This document shows, one piece after another, positions 7,202-14,252 of a stretch of 14,459 nucleotides of DNA. The position numbers and the translations under genes were made by a program. The notes below the pieces were generated by a model. It did no database searches. It was not told the origin of the DNA and saw nothing but the letters and a program-made list of their open reading frames with translations. Positions within the stretch are counted from its first letter, which is position 1. Each line of letters begins with the position of its first letter. This DNA is from an uncultured archaeon (GTDB lineage Archaea; Asgardarchaeota; Thorarchaeia; Thorarchaeales; Thorarchaeaceae): positions 1 to 14,459 of the forward strand of contig CAZPWM010000080.1 of assembly GCA_964590575.1 (NCBI GenBank). Direction: 5' to 3'.

Positions 7202-7783
7202 ATGGGATATCAAGAACGTGAGCCTATTGAGGCTACAGTGGCTGAATTAAAGCCAAGAATGAAGAATGTAACCATATCTTTCAAAGTGGTTGCTATTGGT
7301 GAAGAACGTGAGGTAACATCCCGCAACGATGGGGTGACTCACCGCGTTGCTGACGCAACAGTTGGCGACTCAACTGGATGTGTTCAAGTACCATTATGGG
7401 ACTCCTCTCTAGATGAAGTTACAGCAGGTACAACCTACACTCTGAAGAACGGATATACAGGCCTGTTCCGTGGAAACCTTCGACTCAACATCGGCAAGTT
7501 TGGTGAACTAGCTGAAGCTGAGGAAGCCATTGAAGAGGTCAACGAAACAGTTGACATGAGTGCCGAAGAACACGAAGATGACCGTCGTCGAGGCGGTTAT
7601 GGTGGTCGCAGTGGCGGCTACGGTGGTAGGGATCGTCGTGGCGGTGGTGGCGGCTACGGAGGCGGCGGCGGCTATGGTGGCGGCGGCCGAGGTGGCGGTG
7701 GCTACGGAGACAGCGGCGGTGGCGGCTACGGTGGTAGAGATCGTCGTGGCGGTGGCGGCGGCGACAGACGACGTAGATACTAG
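7202..7783 (+). CDS. ssb: Single OB-fold single-stranded nucleic-acid-binding protein (archaeal SSB/RPA-like) with a long Gly/Arg/Tyr-rich C-terminal tail
   Basis: VAELKPRMKNVTISFKVV...VADATVGDSTGCVQVPLWD...LKNGYTGLFRGNLRLNIGKFG matches archaeal single-OB SSB. Acidic linker, then a GYG/RGG tail at residues about 128-193. Confidence 0.9.
   Translation: MGYQEREPIEATVAELKPRMKNVTISFKVVAIGEEREVTSRNDGVTHRVADATVGDSTGCVQVPLWDSSLDEVTAGTTYTLKNGYTGLFRGNLRLNIGKFGELAEAEEAIEEVNETVDMSAEEHEDDRRRGGYGGRSGGYGGRDRRGGGGGYGGGGGYGGGGRGGGGYGDSGGGGYGGRDRRGGGGGDRRRRY
7611..7762 (+). repeat. 44-nt direct repeat (7611-7654 and 7719-7762, 2 mismatches) within the GGN-rich SSB tail
   Basis: gtggcggctacggtggtag(g/a)gatcgtcgtggcggtgg(t/c)ggcggc occurs twice, 108 nt apart, encoding GGYGGRDRRGGGGG. 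Confidence 0.9.
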
Positions 7784-7806
7784 ATAATTTAACACCAATC
7801 AGAATC

Positions 7807-7856
7807 TATACGGGCACCTGATTACGGGTGTCCGTGTATCTTCCTTTTTTTATTTT
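7807..7856 (+). terminator. Stem-loop plus U-tract terminator after ssb
   Basis: TATACGGGCACCTG-ATTA-CGGGTGTCCGTGTA gives a 14-bp stem with 3 G-U pairs, followed by TCTTCCTTTTTTTATTTT. Lies between convergent genes. Confidence 0.8.
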
Positions 7857-8134
7857 GACTCAATCCGAGAGAGAATCAGAGAAACCATTGCCTTGGAGGC
7901 ATTAGGTGGAGTAAAATTATAGTCCTCCTTTTCTCGCTGTAACTTGTAGTTGATACTGGCTTTCTTGAATTCAACTTGTATTCTCTCAAAGTCCTTCTTG
8001 GTCGTTCGAAGACCGAAACAGTATCTCGAGAGTATTTCATGCCTTTTGGCTGTGAGCCAGAGTTCTTTCAATAGAACTGATTCTCCAGCCTCAGCTACGT
8101 TTATTGTTATCCCTTTATGGACTGAGTAATTCAC
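7850..8134 (-). CDS. Hypothetical 94-aa protein, possibly a truncated remnant
   Basis: GTG start overlaps the upstream TGA (GTGA) and the ORF fills the gap to the ssb terminator. No recognised motif. Confidence 0.45.
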   Translation of the reverse strand: MNYSVHKGITINVAEAGESVLLKELWLTAKRHEILSRYCFGLRTTKKDFERIQVEFKKASINYKLQREKEDYNFTPPNASKAMVSLILSRIESK

Positions 8135-9342
8135 CGTTGAAATCGTCGTCTAAGAAATACAATTGGTAAGGGGAGAATTAAGATGACTAAAATTGACACA
8201 TTGATGATTACTAATGGGTCAATAGGAACCGGTCCTTCTGATGCTGGTATCACATACTCGATCACAAAGTAATCTGAGGGATGCCAGTCCTCATCTTGAA
8301 TATCTCCTGTGAACACTACAACGATGTCTTCTTCTGGTAGAACGAAGATCTTCTGTTCATAATGACCAGTTGCCTCATAAAATGTGTACCCTGGGATTCC
8401 CCACCATGTGTATCCATAGTTGTACCACGAACCAGTGTCATAATACATTTGCGATGAAACATTGACCCATTCTGAAGAAACTACCTGGGTTCCATTCCAG
8501 TTTCCCTCGTTTAGATAGAGAAAAGCAAAACGAGCCATGTCCCTTGGTTTTAGGTTCAATCCTCCGCCACATCCATATTGCAAGTTTGCAAAAGGCTTCC
8601 ACCAAGTGAACTGATTAATTCCAATGGGGTTGAATAAAAACTCCTCTGCAAAATCAGCGACTCGATATCCTGTTGTCTGTTCAATGACTCCTCCTAGGAG
8701 CTCAATACCCCCGGAGTTATACTCCCACTGCTCTCCTGGGTCACATGCCATTGGTCTGTCTAGGACATACTCCCACATGTCTGGACTATCATACATGGCA
8801 AATAGATCATTTGCTGGATCTGTATAAGGAATATCTACTTCATGAAACTCAAGCCCTGTTGACATTGTCAAACAGTGGTACAGAGTGATATTCTCCTTTC
8901 TTGGATCCCAGTTATCAATTGTATAATTCGGGAAAAAGTCGAGGATTGGTTGACTCACATTGTCGATATAGCCCATATCTATGGCTATCCCGATGAGAGC
9001 TGACATGAAGCTCTTTGTGCATGACTGAATTGTATGCAACATGTATTGTGTCCAGTATTGGTAGTATTTCTCATACACAATGTAACCATTCTTGATTACA
9101 ATTACCGAATCCACTTCGATTTCATTTTCAGTAATTGTTTCATCAATACGATTGAGAGTGTTAGAGTCCAATCCCTGTTCTTCGGGAGTTGTGTTTAACC
9201 ATGCTACCGTTGGCCAATAGTCCCTGACACGTTCTTCTTGCGCCACTGAATATCCTTGAGTTGGAACTACTTGTATCATCAGTAGAATTGCACAAATTGC
9301 AATGATTGACACAATATGATTATCTCTTTTCATTTGATTCAC
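8131..9342 (-). CDS. Exported, C-terminally membrane-anchored serine hydrolase (beta-lactamase/NylB-like family), paralogue 2; alternative ATG start at 9333
   Basis: N-terminal hydrophobic signal, YWPT..W...TPEEQG, HTIQSCTKS (SxxK), LTMSTGL, WEYNS (YxS), LKPRDMARF, YGYTWW, ATGHYEQ, C-terminal TM followed by RRRFQR. Confidence 0.92.
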   Translation of the reverse strand: MNQMKRDNHIVSIIAICAILLMIQVVPTQGYSVAQEERVRDYWPTVAWLNTTPEEQGLDSNTLNRIDETITENEIEVDSVIVIKNGYIVYEKYYQYWTQYMLHTIQSCTKSFMSALIGIAIDMGYIDNVSQPILDFFPNYTIDNWDPRKENITLYHCLTMSTGLEFHEVDIPYTDPANDLFAMYDSPDMWEYVLDRPMACDPGEQWEYNSGGIELLGGVIEQTTGYRVADFAEEFLFNPIGINQFTWWKPFANLQYGCGGGLNLKPRDMARFAFLYLNEGNWNGTQVVSSEWVNVSSQMYYDTGSWYNYGYTWWGIPGYTFYEATGHYEQKIFVLPEEDIVVVFTGDIQDEDWHPSDYFVIEYVIPASEGPVPIDPLVIINVSILVILILPLPIVFLRRRFQR

Positions 9343-10262
9343 ACCAGCACAATCGTAAGGACAAGTCCAAGCCAGTAACTCAGAGCGATGTATGCCATGA
9401 ACCAGTTTCTTGACTTAGATTCGGAATAATGCGTCTGCCATAATTTCCTACCAAGTACAACGAACAATGCAAACATGGCAAAGACAACCAAGAAACTAAA
9501 AGCTAACACACCTGCAAGGTTGGGAATCATTCCTCCTATGGTGACCATATTGGAATATACCAGCTCAGCGTTTCCAAAGGCAAGAGCAAATGCATAAGCA
9601 AAACAGCTAATAGCTTCTTTGGTAAAGATTGTCATCCCTGTCATGAAGAAGAACATAGAGGGCAAGAATGAATGACGGATTCTCTTGACTGCGAGTGGTA
9701 TTAGATAAACGGTTCCAATCCCTGCAGAGATCAAAAACATGACTGCAACTAATGTCGTAAGGAAATCGGGATTGTCTGTAAAGCCCGCAGTGAAGAATAT
9801 CCAATTCCAGGTTTCATGGTATGTAAACAATCCCGACCACGGGAGAGCTCCAATCCATCCTGCGATGTATGGGGTCTGGAAGACTATGCTTGTCACAATC
9901 CGAAATTCCCCTGTGCTCCCTTGTTGCACTGGAAGGAGCAGGTCAAACATTACCTCGTAGAATTCTCCAATCCCGAAACTGATAAGGAATAATACGATTC
10001 CGAGATAATAGAAGAATATCTTTACCTTGGTGTTTCTCCACCCTGATGCTTGTGCCTGATCTGGATCATCATCCGAAGTTTTGGGGGTGGAAGGATCAAT
10101 CTGAGGGGGGGTAACCAAGTATGAGAGATATCTCCTTAACTTGCTGCCAGACACTGTCTTCAACCAAGGTGTGACTAGGATAAACAAACACACTGCGATA
10201 ATAGGCAGTGCAATTGCTATGATAGTTGCTTGGTCGACTGTGAGCTCGAGAAATTGTATCAT
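9339..10262 (-). CDS. Uncharacterised multi-pass membrane protein (about 6-7 TM)
   Basis: 307-aa ORF with several long hydrophobic segments and a Trp/Gly-rich loop (AGWIGALPW...YHETWNWIFF). 2-nt gap upstream, 4-nt overlap downstream. Confidence 0.8.
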   Translation of the reverse strand: MIQFLELTVDQATIIAIALPIIAVCLFILVTPWLKTVSGSKLRRYLSYLVTPPQIDPSTPKTSDDDPDQAQASGWRNTKVKIFFYYLGIVLFLISFGIGEFYEVMFDLLLPVQQGSTGEFRIVTSIVFQTPYIAGWIGALPWSGLFTYHETWNWIFFTAGFTDNPDFLTTLVAVMFLISAGIGTVYLIPLAVKRIRHSFLPSMFFFMTGMTIFTKEAISCFAYAFALAFGNAELVYSNMVTIGGMIPNLAGVLAFSFLVVFAMFALFVVLGRKLWQTHYSESKSRNWFMAYIALSYWLGLVLTIVLV

Positions 10263-10264
10263 TA

Positions 10265-11503
10265 TTATGTTAACTCCTGGAATTGATTGCTGATTCTGAG
10301 TCTATACTTGGGCACTGCGTAAAAGATAGGTAAGAAGATGGCACCAATAACTACTAAGTTGATTGCATTTGCGACCATCACTTGTCTGGGAATCTTGTTA
10401 ATTGCTGATGGGACGATGTAATCGTATAGAAGCCATGGCTGTAGGTCTGACTCATCTGGTGGAACACTCGAGGTGAAAACCACGACCATGTCCAAGCTTG
10501 GGACTACAAAGATAAACTGTCCTTGATAACCCCGGGCAGTATAGGCATTGGCGATATCGTTAGTGTAAGTCCACCACTGATACGAATACCCCGTGAGGAT
10601 GTCGAATGGTCGAAGAGTAGCCTTTGATTGTTGTACCCATTCTTCAGGAACGATTTGTTCGCCATCCCATGTTCCGTTGTTCAGATAGAGATATCCAAAT
10701 TTCGCCATGTCTCGGGGAAGCATTTCTACTCCTCCTGAAGCCCAATAGAAACCTTGGTTGTCCGTAGGCCAAAAGACATCCGCAGGTGATATGCCAAGGG
10801 GAGTAAACAGCTTTTCCACAGCATAGTCAAAGAGTGAGGTTCCCGTTGCCTCCGTAATGATTGCTCCTAACAGATTAGTTGCTCCTGAGCAGTAGACCCA
10901 TCTTTCACCTGGATCATACTGCATAGGTAAATCAAGAATGTACTGCACATTATCGCTTGCAAACCACATTTGGTAGTTGCTATTCAGTGGGGAATTGTAA
11001 GGTTCAGTCCATTCATCCCACTCTAGTCCTGCAGTCATAGTTAATAGATGTTCAAGGGTTATCGATTGTTTTCGCTCGTCAAGATTCGCGATTGTTCGGT
11101 TCGGTAGGAGATCAACTAACTTACTATCTACACCCTCAATGTAACCTTCTTCAATCGCAATTCCCACAAGCGCTGAAGTGAAGCTCTTTGTGCATGAGTG
11201 AATGATGTGGCGCGTTTCGGAATTATAGAATCCGGGATATTCCTCAAAAACCAGGTAGCCATTTTGTACAATCAATATGGAGTCAATGAGCAGACCAATG
11301 TTATCGATATACTCCATCATATCATCCAATAGATGCTGGTTCATCCCCTGTTCTTCAGGGGTGGTGTTTAGCCACCCATCTGTCGGCCAATAGTCTCGAA
11401 CCACATCGGTTTGTGCAAGTGAATAACCCTGACCTGGAACAATCGGCATCATCAAGAGAACTATGACAATGCCGATGAGTGACGCAGTCTTTTTCCAGAG
11501 CAA
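10265..11503 (-). CDS. Exported, C-terminally membrane-anchored serine hydrolase (beta-lactamase/NylB-like family), paralogue 1
   Basis: Signal-like MLWKKTASLIGIVIVLLMMPIVPG, YWPTDGWLNTTPEEQG, HIIHSCTKS (SxxK), LLTMTAGL, WVYCS, MLPRDMAKFGYLYL, ARGYQGQ, C-terminal TM. TTG start. Confidence 0.92.
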   Translation of the reverse strand: MLWKKTASLIGIVIVLLMMPIVPGQGYSLAQTDVVRDYWPTDGWLNTTPEEQGMNQHLLDDMMEYIDNIGLLIDSILIVQNGYLVFEEYPGFYNSETRHIIHSCTKSFTSALVGIAIEEGYIEGVDSKLVDLLPNRTIANLDERKQSITLEHLLTMTAGLEWDEWTEPYNSPLNSNYQMWFASDNVQYILDLPMQYDPGERWVYCSGATNLLGAIITEATGTSLFDYAVEKLFTPLGISPADVFWPTDNQGFYWASGGVEMLPRDMAKFGYLYLNNGTWDGEQIVPEEWVQQSKATLRPFDILTGYSYQWWTYTNDIANAYTARGYQGQFIFVVPSLDMVVVFTSSVPPDESDLQPWLLYDYIVPSAINKIPRQVMVANAINLVVIGAIFLPIFYAVPKYRLRISNQFQELT

Positions 11504-11505
11504 TG

Positions 11506-12159
11506 TTATACCGCCTCTGACTCAATTTTCCTGAGATAACGTGAGATTAGATCGTGCCACTCAGAGAGTGTTCTCTTGTAGGTGGCATCTTGTGAAAGGA
11601 GAAACTGAGACATTCTGTATGACACATCGCTTCGAGTAGATGGAGGAAGGCTTTGGAACGCATGATTGCCTGGAGAGTCATATACTTTGGATACCTCTGC
11701 TTCTCTGTCGACCAATCTCTGCAAGATGGATCGCGCATGGTCAATCTCTGATTGAGTGATGTGAATGCCAAGTGTCGAGAGACCGAGAAGTGCAGCCATT
11801 ACTTGGTCTTTTGAAGCAACAGGTGCCTCATCATATGAACTCATTCTCTCACTTATGCCTAATCGGAACTCTCTAGCGACGGCTCGATAGTATCGCTCAA
11901 CAATACCCCTAGTAGTTTCACGAGTTTCTACAAGATCTATTATCCCTGCACTCTTCAACTTCTGAACATGGTGAAGCACTGTACCAGGTTTCTTCTTCAT
12001 TGCAACGGAAAGCTGCTTTACAGTCATCGGTTGATTGACGAGATGCTTGAACACGATGTCTCTTCTTGTCCCATCAAGCAAGAGTTTGATAATCTTTGGA
12101 TTTGTAACTACTTCGAATTCCTTGATTGGTTTGTGTGATACGACTGGATTCATTTTCAC
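11506..12159 (-). CDS. ArsR-like winged-helix transcriptional regulator
   Basis: IKLLLDGTRRDIV...PMTVKQLSVAMKKKPGTVLHHVQKLKSAGII...RGIVERYYRAVA is a typical archaeal ArsR/HTH_20 pattern with a C-terminal extension. Confidence 0.9.
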   Translation of the reverse strand: MKMNPVVSHKPIKEFEVVTNPKIIKLLLDGTRRDIVFKHLVNQPMTVKQLSVAMKKKPGTVLHHVQKLKSAGIIDLVETRETTRGIVERYYRAVAREFRLGISERMSSYDEAPVASKDQVMAALLGLSTLGIHITQSEIDHARSILQRLVDREAEVSKVYDSPGNHAFQSLPPSTRSDVSYRMSQFLLSQDATYKRTLSEWHDLISRYLRKIESEAV

Positions 12160-13109
12160 CTGCCTCCTTCATCTTGTGTGTAAGTTGCATCAACTTTAGC
12201 TGTCAGAATCATGTAGATTCTTGTGAGTATAATTGAAACGGCTGGAATCACAACGAAGAGCAAGGCGATAACAGCTAATGGTCTATAGGGTTCCAAGAGT
12301 ACTTCAGGAAGGAACGGACTCCATAGGAATGCCAATTCATTCAATATCGGAAGAAGTGGTACTCCAACTATTAGAACGATGATGAACCAAGCACCTAGTA
12401 CACGACCCGGGAACTGACATGTGAGTCTAACAGATCTTGCAGCCGCTCGTACCGCTGATAGACCGTCGATAATTCCTGGAAATGTGAGAGAAAGCATCCC
12501 GTTTACTAAAACTATCCAAACGAAAATCATTGGGATTAGTAGTTCAAGCTCCTCGTTCGTAGGAGGATTCCATGTGGGGTAGGAAATAGCTAGGAATGCG
12601 AGAATGAGGGGGGCAAGTGTGATAATGAAATGCAGAATCCCTCCGCCCAGTAATGATAACCCTCTCTTTCCGTACCATGAAAATGCACTTTCTGCTTGAG
12701 TTCCATCACTCTCCACAATCTCTCGAGCCATTCCAAATAAAGCCCCGAGGGCTATGAAGAACGGTCCGAGTAGTGGCAAAATCAGGAACATGATTAGCAA
12801 GATTAGTGTGAGACCACCTGTCGCGGTGAACCCTGCAACAACTGATTCTACTAGCCAAATCAAGAATGGCAGTCCCATCGTGAATAGAATTGGGATTAGA
12901 ATGAATAGTAGAATTAACACAAGAAGAAGGGCAGTGACTAGCAATATACCTAGCATAGCCAACCCAAAGGATAGAATATTCCTTACAGCAAGTGTGAAGC
13001 CCACTTTGAAATCTTTTAATATCCCACTTGGTGGTGGCGCAGCGGAACTTGTTTCTGTGAATTTTCTATCATCGTCTGGTGAATCTGGATAATTACTTGG
13101 CCAACTCAT
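12156..13109 (-). CDS. Uncharacterised multi-pass membrane protein (about 6 TM)
   Basis: Pro/Ser/Asp-rich N-terminus, then hydrophobic helices and a FPGIIDGLSAVRAAARSVRL motif seen in generic 6-TM envelope proteins. GAGGT ribosome site upstream. Confidence 0.85.
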   Translation of the reverse strand: MSWPSNYPDSPDDDRKFTETSSAAPPPSGILKDFKVGFTLAVRNILSFGLAMLGILLVTALLLVLILLFILIPILFTMGLPFLIWLVESVVAGFTATGGLTLILLIMFLILPLLGPFFIALGALFGMAREIVESDGTQAESAFSWYGKRGLSLLGGGILHFIITLAPLILAFLAISYPTWNPPTNEELELLIPMIFVWIVLVNGMLSLTFPGIIDGLSAVRAAARSVRLTCQFPGRVLGAWFIIVLIVGVPLLPILNELAFLWSPFLPEVLLEPYRPLAVIALLFVVIPAVSIILTRIYMILTAKVDATYTQDEGGR

Positions 13110-13127
13110 AATGAGACCTCTCTATTA

Positions 13128-13171
13128 CTAAGAAAGAAGGGTGTGACCCCACCAGAGAATGATGGGGTCAC
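13128..13171 (-). terminator. Hairpin plus pyrimidine tract (terminator or attenuator) between small gene A and the six-gene operon
   Basis: Minus strand GTGACCCCATCA-TTCTC-TGGTGGGGTCAC (13171-13143; 12 bp with 1 G-U) followed by ACCCTTCTTTCTT. Confidence 0.7.
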
Positions 13172-13226
13172 TGAGGAGATAGATAGTGTATTGGTCGGGA
13201 TGGAAAGAAATACCATTTACGTCAAC

Positions 13227-13580
13227 TCATCGAGTAAATTGAAGCGATACATCTCGATCATCTGAAGCCTTGATTCGTGCCATCTCGGTAGAAAGCTCCG
13301 CATCTTCCCAGATCCCTGGGTTGATTGGATCTCCATACTTTAAGTATTGAATCAGACGTGCTTCATCGTAGACCTTGCTTGCTGCTGCAACTCCCCCGGG
13401 AAGAGCTAATACTATAGCCCCAGGGACAAGAGCAACTAGATACAGTAGACCTACTGTACCCGCAATGGCGGCAAGTATCCTGACCGCACGGCCAGCAATG
13501 ACTCGATTGAGAGAGAAACTAAGGGTTTCCTGAGGAGTGACATTGACTGTTTCCTTTACCTTGATTCGTGCATTGTACAT
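13227..13580 (-). CDS. Hypothetical 117-aa membrane protein, paralogue A
   Basis: Ungapped alignment with 13748-14101 (32/117 identities by hand count). Central hydrophobic stretch. GTGGTG ribosome site. Confidence 0.8.
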   Translation of the reverse strand: MYNARIKVKETVNVTPQETLSFSLNRVIAGRAVRILAAIAGTVGLLYLVALVPGAIVLALPGGVAAASKVYDEARLIQYLKYGDPINPGIWEDAELSTEMARIKASDDRDVSLQFTR

Positions 13581-13660
13581 CGTTTAACACCACGCGAACA
13601 CCGAATCGGTCCGGATTTCCGGAACGATGCGTTTTTCCCTATCGTTCCATAGAATCAAAT

Positions 13661-13684
13661 CTATATAAAGTGTTTGGTCAGCGC
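13661..13684 (-). promoter_or_regulatory. Archaeal promoter (conserved upstream/BRE element plus TATA) of paralogue A
   Basis: Minus strand GCGCTGACCAAACACTTTATATAG; matching copy upstream of paralogue B. Confidence 0.7.
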
Positions 13685-13696
13685 CAAACGTTAGAC

Positions 13697-13729
13697 AAAA
13701 ACGGCATGAGAAACATGCTTCCTATGCCG
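13697..13729 (-). terminator. Hairpin plus U-tract terminator after paralogue B
   Basis: Minus strand CGGCATAGGAAG-CATG-TTTCTCATGCCG (one A-C mismatch, two G-U pairs) followed by TTTTT. Confidence 0.65.
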
Positions 13730-13747
13730 GGAAAAAACCAATAGTGA

Positions 13748-14101
13748 TTATCGAGTATAACCTTGGAGGGTACCAGGTCTATAATGAGACCTCAGACGAG
13801 CCATCTCTGTTTCTGACTCAACATCGTCCCACTTGCAATCCTCAGTGGTCATATTGCATCGCACCCATTGAATCAGTTCCGTCTCGTCCCGGATCTTGGA
13901 TATCAGGGTAACTTCAGCTGGAAGCACAAACAACACTAACCCTGGTAGAACTGTAAGAGGGAGCAACATCAAACCCGCTAGTGCAATGCAGATTGCACAG
14001 CGAATTGACCTCCCAAAGATGAAGCGTTTCAGGAGCGGCTTCGGCACCACAGCATACCGCAGTTGCTCCGGAACAACTTTAGAACGCTGAAACTTATCCA
14101 T
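13748..14101 (-). CDS. Hypothetical 117-aa membrane protein, paralogue B
   Basis: Same length and motifs as 13227-13580 (GR..R, PG.....LP, SK..DE..LIQ, W.D.E..TEMAR, terminal [F/Y]TR). GTGGTGA ribosome site. Confidence 0.8.
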   Translation of the reverse strand: MDKFQRSKVVPEQLRYAVVPKPLLKRFIFGRSIRCAICIALAGLMLLPLTVLPGLVLFVLPAEVTLISKIRDETELIQWVRCNMTTEDCKWDDVESETEMARLRSHYRPGTLQGYTR

Positions 14102-14142
14102 TGTTTAATTCACCACACGATACAATATGTTGGATGAATTGA

Positions 14143-14165
14143 TTATATAGCTCTTTGTTCAGCGC
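14143..14165 (-). promoter_or_regulatory. Archaeal promoter (conserved upstream/BRE element plus TATA) of paralogue B
   Basis: Minus strand GCGCTGAACAAAGAGCTATATAA; 11 of the first 12 nt match the paralogue A element. Confidence 0.7.
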
Positions 14166-14252
14166 AATATCTATTCTATTTTGCATCGAGCTAGCGCAAG
14201 AAAGGCTTTTCACTATGCGATACATCATAGACATCCCTAAGGAGATACTCAC

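Noticed and set aside
7583-7780. CRISPR array or mobile-element repeat
   Set aside because: The repeats are in-frame coding units without unique spacers; no cas, transposase or integrase gene is in the window.
7508-7798. Ala/Thr/Val-rich ORFs 7508-7798 (-) and 7560-7787 (+)
   Set aside because: Alternative-frame shadows of the GGN-rich SSB tail, with no independent start signals.
2369-11503. Calling the three serine hydrolases true beta-lactamases (ampC)
   Set aside because: They lack the KTG third motif (MAG, ATG, ARG instead) and two have YxS; the fold alone does not establish antibiotic resistance.
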